DNA of 63,889 nt, the filler included, from Xylographa opegraphella (Eukaryota): NCBI GenBank assembly GCA_022813865.1. It is 4 parts of 4 records of this genome, joined end to end, with 100 filler letters (N's around TTAATTAATTAA, not from the genome) between each part and the next. Parts side by side here need not be neighbours in the genome. Positions count along the whole stretch, not along the records: positions 1 to 19,308 come from JALDZX010000142.1; 3 more parts are not named here. One strand, written 5' to 3'. Under the pieces are notes generated by a model. It saw only the letters and a program-made list of their open reading frames with translations, did no database searches and was not told the DNA's origin. Made by a program: the position numbers and the translations under genes. Below are positions 1 to 10,918 of this stretch, in pieces (the first letter of the stretch is position 1; each line of letters opens with the position of its first letter).

Positions 1-700
1 AGGAGCATTCCTGTTAGGGTCCTTTCCGTACCCGAACTACCCGGTGCTGGGTTGAACCTTAACACGACGCCAAAAAAGGCCATAATAGCTTACCACAAAA
101 ATAAGTAGAATAAAAATGGCTAAAGTATTAAAAACAGACGGGCAAGACACCAGCCCAGTGCAGCCCTCTTGATAAAAAGGCGGCCAAGCTGCGATAAAGA
201 TTTTACAAAGCTAAAAACACGCTAGCGATGCACTTAGCAACAAGAGGAGTGCCAAATATCAGGCCGTAGTGCGAAAGCGAAGAGTGCGGCCATTTACAAA
301 CAGCCCGGCATGTATTAACACAGTATAAAGCCTGGACTGCGCTTAGGAAACGCATGAAAATCGAAAAAGAAGTCACCGAACCCCTGGACTATCGGGAGCT
401 TATCGAGACCACCAAGGGACTTCGTGCAGCGGCCAAAATGTTAATGTATACAGGCCTGTTGGACCAGTTTTCGGTGGCCAAATCACTTCTTTATGAAGGC
501 GTCTAGACGTATAGGGAGGCTAGAACAAGTATACAAGGCAGTTTAATCGTGGCGATGGATTAATACCTACGAAACGAAAGGGTGGTTTTTTCCCCAGAGG
601 GTTCCATTCATATAAACATTAAATAGGGTCCCCGATGGGCTGACTAAAATAAGTGACATAAAGGTGTAGAAATATTATTATTATTATTATTATTATTATT
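1..700 (+). mobile_element. 3' end of a Tad1/I-like LINE: ORF2 C-terminal zinc knuckle region, 3' UTR and (TAT)n tail
   Basis: 234-506 reads LATRGVPNIRP*CESEECGHLQTARHVLTQYKAW...AAKMLMYTGLLDQF, matching the C.CG...T..H.L..C and TGLL.QF end of fungal LINE ORF2. It has an in-frame stop and a C>Y change. The (TAT)n tail at 672-700 ends against AT-rich DNA. Confidence 0.8.
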
Positions 701-1720
701 AAAGTAATTCGAGCCTGTGTCAAGGTTTTTAAAAAGATTATTTTTTAGTTAAAAAACGTTATACACTATCGCGTTAAATCACGCTAAGCCTTGCTTTGAA
801 TATTATTTTAAAAATAATATTTAATTGCTTCAGTCAGTATATTAATTTAATATAATTCAATATAGTATCGTTATTTTAATAATTATTATATATTGATAAA
901 ACGCCGGCTTAATACCGTTTTTTCTTTGTAAATAAATAAATTAATAAAAAATAAAATTAAACTCTCGAATATTGTTTATAAATTTATTATAATAATAAAT
1001 AAATTAATTAGAATAAATTACTGCCCCTAGCGTTATTAATTTATAAAATATTAATTGATTTTACTTTAAATTGCAGTTTATTTTATATATATTACGATTA
1101 TAATTCGTTTATCAATTACGACGTTGAGAACGATTTTAAAAAATATCGATGATAAAAAAACGAATATAATATATAAAATATATTAAAACGACGTTAATAT
1201 AACGCTAAAAAAACGCAATTAATTCGCAAACTCGTGCGTATAACAAGAAGTATAAATTATAACAGTTTTTAGTAAAAAACCTGGTAATATTTTTTATTCA
1301 AGATTTAAAATAAAAACGACTAAACAAAAAGTTTTTATATCGCTTTATTAAATTATTTCGAATGTAAAATATCGTAGAAAAATTAATTTTTAAATTATCG
1401 TTGCCTTTAATTTATCGAATTTATTTAATTATACATTTTTTTATTAAAATCGTATTAGCGCCGGGAAAACGATTATTTATTATTAAAACTGCCGCCGTTA
1501 AAAATTTATCGATAATAACGAGCAATATGAAATCAAAAAAATAATTAATCAAAAAACAAAAAAATAATACATTTTATAAAATAAAATGGCTGAGTTATTT
1601 AAAGAACTACAATAAATAAATTCCATTAAAAAATATAAATAATACGTAGAATTTACGCCAGGTATACGACAATAAAATTGAAAAAATTAATAAAAAACGA
1701 AAAATTTAAACTATATTTTA
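701..1720 (+). mobile_element. RIP-degraded Gypsy integrase plus chromodomain relic (AT-rich block continues to 2840)
   Basis: About 930-1110 reads NK*INKK*N*TLEYCL*IYYNNK*IN*NKLLPLA, which back-mutates to DGQTERQNQTLE.YLR.Y....Q.NW..LLP.A. About 1575-1640 reads YKIKWLSYLKNYNK*IPLKN (chromodomain Y.VKW.GY.....W.P..N). Confidence 0.7.
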
Positions 1721-2840
1721 CGAAACGAGACACTTTTGATTTTTTTAACGAAATTCATAGATTTTATTAAGGTTCATTAATATATCAATTTTACATCGAT
1801 GTAATCTTTTATAAAATTTATGCGGGAAAAGTTTATTTATATATAAATAAATTAAATTACCCTTTAAAAATTTAATTTTTTTTTACGCTTTTTATACGTT
1901 CGACTTTCGTATAATTTATAATATTTTAAGATTTTTATTATTATTTTCTTTGTTTAATAACCTTAATTGCGCGTATTATATAATTTTTAGTTCGTGATAT
2001 CGAGATTTTAACGTTAATGGTTCAAGTTTCGTACGTTAATTTTATATTAATTATTATTATTTATTTTAAATTTACACCACCTTTACGTTTTGTTATTTAT
2101 TTAATTTTTTTACTATTTTTCTATTCTTTCGCATTGGCGTATATTAAACGTTTATTTTTTATTTTTATATCTAATTTTATTATAATTAAACGTAGTATTA
2201 TTAAAATTCGTATTAAAAATAATTTTTAAAAGTAAATTCGCGCGAAATCGCGGCAAAATATTTATTCTTAAAAATAATTTATTTACGCCTTAACTATTTA
2301 GATTAGTTTTTTTAATCAATTATTTTTACGTTTTCAGGCTCGCTTTTACATTTTACTATTATTATTTAAAATAAATAATACGTTTCGAGCGCCTATTCGC
2401 GTTAAATTATTGAAAAAAATTATAATTATATGTATTATTTTGTGAACTATAAACGATGTTACGCTGTTTATATTTACTTTTAAAATTAATTAAACGTATA
2501 TTAATCGCTTAAATCCTTTCGAAATTTATTCAAATTGTCGTAAATTTTAAAATTTATATTTAAAATTTAACGTAAATCGTTAAAAGAAAATTAACATTAA
2601 AATTTACGTTAAAACGTTTAAATATTAAATAAATAATTCTCATTCGTTTATTATAAATTGGCTATAAATAATTATTTATACTTTAACGTTTTAAAAATTA
2701 AATACTAATCGTTTTAAATATATTTAATCTCGGGAAACGGTTAAAATTTATTAAAAATAAAAGTTAAAATTATTAAAACGCTAAATTATAACTATCGAGC
2801 GTATAATTATAATTAATTTATATATTATAAATATTATACG

Positions 2841-3070
2841 TGTAACGGCGTGTTACATGGCACCTTAACAAGTGATAGACGGAACGGGACTAAAGCGCGT
2901 CCGGGACTCAGGCTAGTTCGAAAGCGGTTAGGAGTCTTGGCGTTAGCACTGTTATTTTAACTTCTACGTGTATTACTAAACTTGCTTCCTTATATTATTC
3001 TAGGTTGAAATCGCTCACCTATAGCTGAGGTTCTAGGCCTGCTTTTCTGGTGAGATAGCGAGCCGTAACA
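2841..3070 (+). mobile_element. LTR, family A (230 bp)
   Basis: Termini TGTAACGGC...GCCGTAACA; near-identical to 61299-61529 and, reversed, to 55574-55822. No matching TSD at this copy (ATACG/CAGAT). Confidence 0.9.
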
Positions 3071-3597
3071 CAGATAGTTCAATGAAGCACTGGTTCCACC
3101 ATACTGATTCCACCCATTCATTTCAACTTTATATAATAATATATTATAATGTAAATAATTAATCAATCTAATATAAATATATAAAATCGTAATATTTTTG
3201 TAAAAATTACGTAAATAACGTTAATTACATAAATTATTTCAAGGCTACGTAAAGTTACGTATGATTACGTATGCATCACCTGATCGGACATAATATCCGG
3301 TCAGGATGATGTTCGATCGGCCGATTCGAACATTCGGTCATCGGTCAATAATGGGCCCGAAATAGGGGTCCCATATTGCGACAGGTAGCGCCGGAGGCCA
3401 AGGGTTCAGGGACTAGTACGTAACAACTCTAGCCCGTAACACTAGACTCTGACTGTGGACTCTCTCTAAAGGTAGGCATGGGGTTTTGTTTCGCATTAAC
3501 CCGAATTTAAAGCTTTTGTTATAGCTCTGTTGGCAAGTTCTCGTATATCTGCTTAGCTTTTTGGCGTTCACGAAGTATCCTTGGTGAACGTCCGGAA

Positions 3598-6500
3598 ATG
3601 GCTGAACGTGTCTCAGATCTAGACGCTTTCGCAGGGAATGGAAACAGAATTCCTTCTGGTGTGATCCGTCAAGCCGAAGCAGTCGCTTCAAACCAGAGCC
3701 AAGCCACAGGATCCGCACAAGCTGGAGCAAGTAGTGGACCGGAGAATCTTGGAAAGTTCTCGAATTTGCAAAAGAAGGGTGCCGGAGCAGAATATAGTGA
3801 CCATGATCCGTAGGAACCTTCGCCACATAGGCACCTCATACTTCACTAACCTCGTAGAGTAGCCCTCATTTTAATGTTGGAAGCGAGCGAGCGGCACCTA
3901 CCAGAGGACCTGGAGATTTCTTGTATGAGGGAACAATTGAGGATGCACCTCCTCCAGAGTACAGTGCAAACTATGGTCTTGTTGATCTGAACCAAGCTGG
4001 ACTGAATACCCGCGCCAATGTTGCTAGTGAGATATGTTCAGTTTTAGTAAAATCAGACTGTGCTAAGAAGTCCAGATGATGGTCGGGTCGATATCCACAT
4101 TAATCAGAAGTCTCGTCGGCTAACTAATCTCCTTGTCCCTGCGCTACGGAGTCAACTCAATCTGCGGCGTGTTGATGAGCCGCCAGAACCTCCGCCAGGC
4201 TATATCCCTCCTTCTCTTGCCGGCCTCCATGGACAGACACCGCCACCACCCATGAATGTGGTGATTCAAGTTGTTGGATCGCGAGGAGACATTCAGCCCT
4301 TCATTTCCCTTGGTAAAATCCTGAAAGGGATATATGGACATCGCGTACGGCTGGCCACTCATCCTGTGTTTAGAGGCTTCATCGAAGAAAATGGTCTCGA
4401 ATTTTTTAGTATTGGTGGCGATCCTGCAGAACTGATGGCGTTCATGGTGAAGAATCCTGGTCTAATGCCCGGAAAAGATGCACTTCGAAGCGGCGATATT
4501 GGCAGAAGGCGGAAGGGCATGTATGAAATCGTCAAAGGCTGTTGGAGGTCCTGCTTTGAAGCGGGCGATGGTACTGGTCTAGAAGTATCAGACAACGATC
4601 TTAATCATCGAAGAAGCTACAATAATGGACCTGCCGTGCCAGATGATCGTGCTGATCAGCCATTTGTGGCTGATGCGATTATCGCTAACCCGCCGAGCTT
4701 TGCTCATATTCACTGCGCAGAAAAGTTGGGTATCCCTTTGCATTTGATGTTCACGTGAGTCAAATGGGGATATCGCCTGAGAGCAAAACACTGACGAAAC
4801 CTGAGTATGCCATGGTCGCCGACGCAAGCTTTCCCTCACCCGCTCGCCAATATCCAGTCATCCAATGCAGAGGACAGCATGACTAATTTTATTTCTTATG
4901 CTCTGGTTGAGATGATGACATGGCAAGGACTCGGGGACGTTATCAATAGGTTCAGAGAGAAAAGTCTTGGGCTGGAACCTGTTAGCTTAATGTGGGCGCC
5001 AGGAATGGCCTCTCGTTTGAGAATACCGTACACATACTGTTGGTAAGCTAGGCCCCCTTCATTGCAGTACTCTCATTTTCACTAATTATCGCTGGTGACT
5101 TATTTCTTAGGTCGCCAGCCCTGATACCGAAGCCTAAAGATTGGGGGCGACATATCTCCATCTCGGGCTTTTATTTCTTATCGCATGCGGCAAACTATAC
5201 GCCTGCTGATGACTTGAAAGCCTTCTTGGATGCGGGACCCCCACCAATCTATATCGGATTTGGTTCAATTGTGCTTGACGACCCTGATGGAATGACTAAG
5301 CTTATATTCGAAGCTGTTAAGGAAACGGGGCAGCGCGCTGTGGTGTCGAAAGGATGGGGTGGTTTTGGCGCAGACACGTCGGCTATTCCCGAAGGGATCT
5401 TTATGCTCGGTAATGTCCCTCACGATTGGCTGTTCAAGCATGTCTCATGTGTGGTTCACCACGGTGGAGCCGGTACCACGGCTGCGGGAATTGCACTTGG
5501 CAAGCCCACAGTAATTGTGCCATTTTTTGGAGACCAGCCTTTCTGGGGAGCCATGATTGCGAAAGCGGGAGCTGGACCTTCACCAATACCTAACAAAATA
5601 TTGACCTCTAGCAAACTTGCGGCAGCTATAATGCAAGCACTTGAGCCACTCACGCTTCAACACGCACAGGAACTTGGAGGACAGATTAGATCGGAGAGGG
5701 GGGCAGAGACTGGAGCACAGAAGTTCCACGATGCTCTCGATGTCGACAGCTTGCGTTGCGCTCTGGCTCCGAGCCGTACAGCTGTGTGGCGTGTCAAGAG
5801 CACAAAGACACGTCTCAGCGCATTTTCTGCTGCTGCATTGGGGAACGAAGGTTTATTGGACTTCAATGACTTAGAACTGTAAGCAATTGTTGCCATGGAG
5901 TCTTATGACACTTCTGACACAAATGTTCAGGTATCGTCCGAAAGAGCTCGAATCCGAAGACGGACCGCTTGAACCGATTTCAGGGGGCGCCTCGGCCCTT
6001 CTCGGAACTATTGGGAGTTTAATGATGGGAGTCGCGGATTTCCCGGTGGATTTATTCCAGTCCTTATCGGGCCGCATCTCAGCGGATACCCATTTGGGGG
6101 ATAGTACATCAACTGCTTTGACAGCAAATTCTTCAGGACTCGATTTCGGAGCTGAGCAGTCAAACAAAACTTCCATGTCTACAGAATTCAGCCAATCGCG
6201 TTCTGATACTCCTTTTTCCAACAACCAACTGGGTCTGGGGCATGAAACGAGTAGGCCAATTACGTCAGACAGTCCGCGAATGAGTAGCTTGAATGCGCAA
6301 CATGCGATGTTGCCTCAGGCATCGAGTTCAGAATCATTTGTGGAAGCGACGAGCATGGGCGGATGCAGAGCTAGCGACAACGATAGCAAAGCTTTATCGA
6401 AAGGCCTTACAAAAATCACTTCGCATAACGAAAGCACCGACAAATATCTCTCTAAATCTGACTCGGGTGTTGTTCATGAGATATCTTTGGATACAGCATT

Positions 6501-7887
6501 GGGAACAGGAAAAGGAGTGGGAAGAATAGTAGGGGCAGGACTTAAATCTCCCATGGAATTTACTTTGAGTCTAGCCAAGGGTTTTCACAATGCGCCGAAA
6601 TTATATGGCGACGAAAGTGTCAGACAACCTGACCGCATTACAGGATTTCAAAGTGGGATAAGAGCGGCTGGAAAGGTACATATTATGAAACTCTTTTTTT
6701 GAAATCCTGCTGATACATATCAGGAGTTTGGCTTTGGGTTCTACGATGGCATAACAGGGTTGGTTACTCAACCACTCGAGGGCGCAAAGAAGCAGGGTAT
6801 GGCTGGATTGGTAAAGGGAGTTGCTAAAGGGATCGGTGGAGTAGTGTTAAAGCCTGGCGCTGGTAGGTTTAACATCCTCCGTGTTTAGTCCGACCTAATG
6901 CCTATAGCTATATGGGGCATTCCCGGCTATACATTCAAAGGAATTTACAAAGAGCTACAGAAGCACTTGGGTGCGAGTGTCCAGAACTACATCATAGCCG
7001 CTCGTACGGCGCAAGGTTATGAAGATTGGAGACTTTCGAGCCCAGAAGAACGTCTTGGTGTGGTGAGCCGCTGGCACGCCGCGCAAATCGAGCTATCGAA
7101 GCAAAAAACCCAACGAGGTCAACGACCATCCACACTGCGGGAACACCCAGATACGGGGCGCAAGGGTTCGAAACAGCTGAAGCAAGATACTCAGAGAAAG
7201 AGCAAATATTCGAAAGGAGTGCAAGCCCGGGATGAAGGGGCGATTTATCAAGAACGGTCCCCTCCGGCAGCTTCTGTTCCCGAGGAGACAAGCTTGGAAG
7301 AAGCCATTAGACAGTCAGTTGAGGCCACCTCTACAGGAAACGCCGAGGAAGATATAATGATCGAAAAAGCCATCAGGGCAAGCGTTGCTGAATTACAAAC
7401 GACACCGACAAAGGGTGATGATAATGATGCGCTAGAACGGGCAATCCAAGCCAGTCTCCGCCAAGCAAAGCAACCACGTTCCAATAACATACCACCTGAT
7501 GCACTGCCAACAAGTACCATTGAACATGACGAAGACCTCGGAAGAGCTCTCCGAATGAGTTTGCAGAATTATAATGACCAAAGTGATAGTGAAGGACTTC
7601 ATGTCTGCCATGACCGGGATGACTCAGGCGTTGACACAGACGAGGACGAGAACATCAAACTTGCGCTAGAACACTCCAGGCTGCCCGCCAGTTCACCACC
7701 AGCATATCACGACGATACCCTCCAGAGAGCCTTGGAAGTCTCCCGGCAAGAACGTCAGGATCGCGAAGATGGCAAAGAAGTTGCAAGATCTGAGGAGGAC
7801 ATTGTACTCGAGTACATCAAGAAACAGAGTCTTGCGGAGGCAGCGCATAGACAAGCAATGACTCAGACAGGCAAACCTGATCGTTGA
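3598..7887 (+). CDS. Sterol 3-beta-glucosyltransferase-like GT1 enzyme with ATG_C-like segment and C-terminal UIM-like repeats; 8 exons
   Basis: Motifs VGSRGDIQPF, HRVRLATH, ANPPSFAHIHCAE, PIYIGFGSI, VPHDWLF, VHHGGAGTTAAG, VPFFGDQPFWG. Predicted exons 3598-3809, 3858-4026, 4076-4754, 4806-5042, 5111-5878, 5931-6675, 6724-6862, 6908-7887, with GT-AG introns. Confidence 0.9.
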
Positions 7888-8561
7888 AGTAGGATGAGAA
7901 GCGGAAGGATGTTTCGGGCAATTACCAGATCATTACATCTCGGTCGGAAGACATTTTACTTTGTTATATATCTCACTGCTAGTTTTAACTGTACCGTTAA
8001 TGGCTGAGAACGACGAATGCGATGACCCAGAGCTTATTCTACTTCCTTTTCTTTAGTGATCGCAGTATGCCAGTCGTAGTGCAAAGAAGATGTGTTGGCT
8101 ACTCGGAGAACGTCCATCAACGCTTGGTTTTACGCCTGTGCTCCATAACAACAGTGATGAAATTCCTCAGCATTCGTTCACCCTTGTTTATCCGCAACTT
8201 TGTGAACCCGCATCCGTGTACCAAATCCAAACACTCTATATGCCTGTTCGATTGAGATTGTCATTATCGGCACTGATCTACGGATTCTTTCCACGATTTT
8301 TGCATTACGAATTCCTAAATGCCTAGATACTATCTTTCAGCAATCTTGGATTCGTCGGAGCTGCCCGATCTGCACATCCAAGACTTGTGGCATGCTAACA
8401 AGAACATATTCGCTGGATAAACCGGCTTCTTTGTTTGTCCTAGGGTTCATAACGTTATTGCTTCTCTATGGTGTCCTCTTCTCCGGGAAGATTTTTGGTT
8501 CAAATGACTTAATCATTGGTATCACTTTACAGCAGAGACATTTTTGTCTTCTTGGTAGCTT

Positions 8562-10277
8562 TCATCTTCTCCGTGATTTATTAGAAGATTTGACGCCACC
8601 GTTCATAGCTGCACGTTTCGTGCCACGATTATCACCATCACCGGCATCCTCCACGCCATTCATCCACTCCCTACCCTCTCCTGGACTTTTCCGTCTCATT
8701 GTCCCAGGACCTACAGCTACAATCTCCTCTTCACTCTCGCTATTGTCGACATTCAGTAATACGGGCATGCGGAATGCATCTTCCTCAAATTCACCCTTGG
8801 TAGGTTCGACCGTTAAGACATCTACTGACTCGTCTTCCAGATCCAATCGTCTTTTGTGTATTTCCTCGATTGGATGTATATCAAACTCATCCTCGCGCTC
8901 TATGTACTCCACATTTTCTTCGACTTCGGCGAAATCTGGAGCCAAAGCTGACCAACGCTGTGGTGATATCATGGACCAGATATATACCCTTCCTGTTTCA
9001 AGACCACATGCCGCGACTAAAGGTCGGTTCGGATGCCACTATATGCAGTTGCGCTTAGTCCCAATTGCACTTACTCACCGTCGGAGAACATACCTCAACT
9101 ACCCCAAGCTCTTCTTTGGGACCTTCTAAGATCTTGACAAGACTACCATGACTTCGCTCCCACACATATACATCATGATTCATGTAGGTAGAGGCTGTGA
9201 CATACTCACCTGTAGAACTAAAGGCTACATGATTCCATGATAGTCTATTGACGACGTCTTGGAACTTATGCTCAACCTCGATCTTGAGGTTATCGATATC
9301 TAAATCTAGTTGTGATAGATCAGGTATGGGGATCGTGCGAATCACACGGTCGCTAGAATTCGATACCATATCTCTACCAGACGCAGTCAGGCGGAGGTAT
9401 ATTACTACCCCGTTACATAGACGTGTTGAGTGTATTGTCTGACATGTTTCCGTCTCTATAATGTTCAGCCAACCTTTGCTCGTACCAGCAATAATATGAT
9501 TTCCCACAGCAGTGAAAATCGTTATACATGTTGTTTGCTTGGAATTTTGGGCGGCCTGCTTCTCCGTGATGTCCTCTGCATCAATTTGATTTCTGCGCGG
9601 TGCAGAAGGCAATTGACGCTTGTTAGGTGTTGTGGATGATATGTCGACCAACATTGGCTGGTCTTCGAAGAGGGAGGCAACGAAAAGGAAGCTTGAGTCT
9701 CGTGAGCATGTGTCCTGATAGAAGATCGTCCTCCGCATACTGGTTGTATGGATGTAATTCTGCAATGTATACTGGAGCTTCAAATCGAACCGTTCTCACT
9801 CTGGATCCATCTTTCAGATCCCAGAGAATACATTTCCAGTCTTGCGAAGAGCTAAGGAGATATCTGCCATTCCTTGACCAACTGCTCTTTCTTCGTAAGT
9901 TTTGTTGGAAGACCTACATGTTAAGGACGTACCTGAGCGATTGAATTTGCCGCGTGTGACCACGGAGCTTGTGGGCCACACCGTCTGTCTCCACGTCAAA
10001 GATGATAACAATACCATCGACCTACTCACTAGGTCAGAATCGGTCTTGAGCATGGGTCCCCAGGGGATTCAGTATGGAGCTCACTCTGCCAGAAGCAAGG
10101 AAGTCTCCTTTGCGATTGAAACGAATACATGTAGCATGACCAGACCCTACATGGATTTAGACGATTTCAACTTTCGTGGCTTTGAGTCGGCAACACAGAA
10201 TGCTCACTCAGCTTGCCCGTTAGAGTGTCTGGATAATCTTGGGCGAGCACGAAAGGATCGATCAAGGATAGATTCAT
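8562..10277 (-). CDS. SWD1: COMPASS/Set1C WD40 subunit Swd1 (RBBP5 ortholog), multi-exon
   Basis: N-terminus MNLSLIDPFVLAQDYPDTL (ATG at 10277); next exon RSGHATCIRFNRKGDFLASGR; HKFQDVVNRLSW, WERSHGSLVKILEGPKEEL, QRWSALAPDFAEVEENVEYIEREDEFD. Stop at 8562-8564. Confidence 0.95.
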
Positions 10278-10918
10278 TCTTTGAGACCAACACGATGGGA
10301 CATGCTAGCTATGTTTTGACAGTGGTGCGCGCTCATTAAATATGTCTTTAGGCAAGTCTAACACATCTGAAAGTATTATTTATTGGCGTCCAAATGGGGG
10401 ATGTTATTTCGGTACTGAGTACGGAGTATGTATTTCACGATATTTGATGTAATCTCATTGTACGCCTTACGATAAGGATAGCCGGAAACGCGCTAGAGTA
10501 GACTAGTCGGATGCCTACTAGTAATCCGAAAAGTCTACTGAGGCAGTGACTCCTTTGTTACTCTATCAGTAATCACAAATACCTCATCTCATCCTGCGTC
10601 GTCCATATCGCGCACCCAATCGCGATAGTTGTAGCAACAGACTCGGAGCAAGGTTGCAGTACTGGACATTAGCCACGTGCGAAAAGGTGAAGAGAGGGGA
10701 ACGTGTCGTCGGCCCGGGCCTGCTGGCCTCTAGGCCAGCACCGATCATATCTATAGCTCCATCAGTTGTCAGATAAACCTGGAGTCCTGGGAATGTTGTG
10801 CGGAAGACAATACGTCTAAGAAAGTGTCTTCGACAGGTGATCCTATATGGGTAGCATCTGCTCGTATACTTCGAAATTTCTCTACTCTGATACGTGATTT
10901 TGGTAACAATCAAGAAGA
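10278..10918. promoter_or_regulatory. Divergent intergenic region (probable bidirectional promoter) between SWD1 and RPB1
   Basis: 641 bp separate the head-to-head ATGs at 10277 (-) and 10919 (+). Promoter function is inferred from geometry only. Confidence 0.6.

Noticed and set aside
2017..2229. I/F/K/N-rich ORFs in AT-rich blocks (also 17264, 39891, 40187, 43384, 58311, 60200, 63636)
   Set aside because: Compositional by-products of RIP-degraded repeats.
1720..2840. Possible antisense zinc-cluster ORF in the first Gypsy relic, by analogy with 56785-57200
   Set aside because: Too degraded; I could not recover a consistent Cys spacing.
8392..9129. 245-aa plus-strand ORF and similar antisense ORFs over RPB1, PP4, cofactor D and the secreted protein
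   Set aside because: Shadow frames of real genes on the opposite strand with no recognisable motifs.
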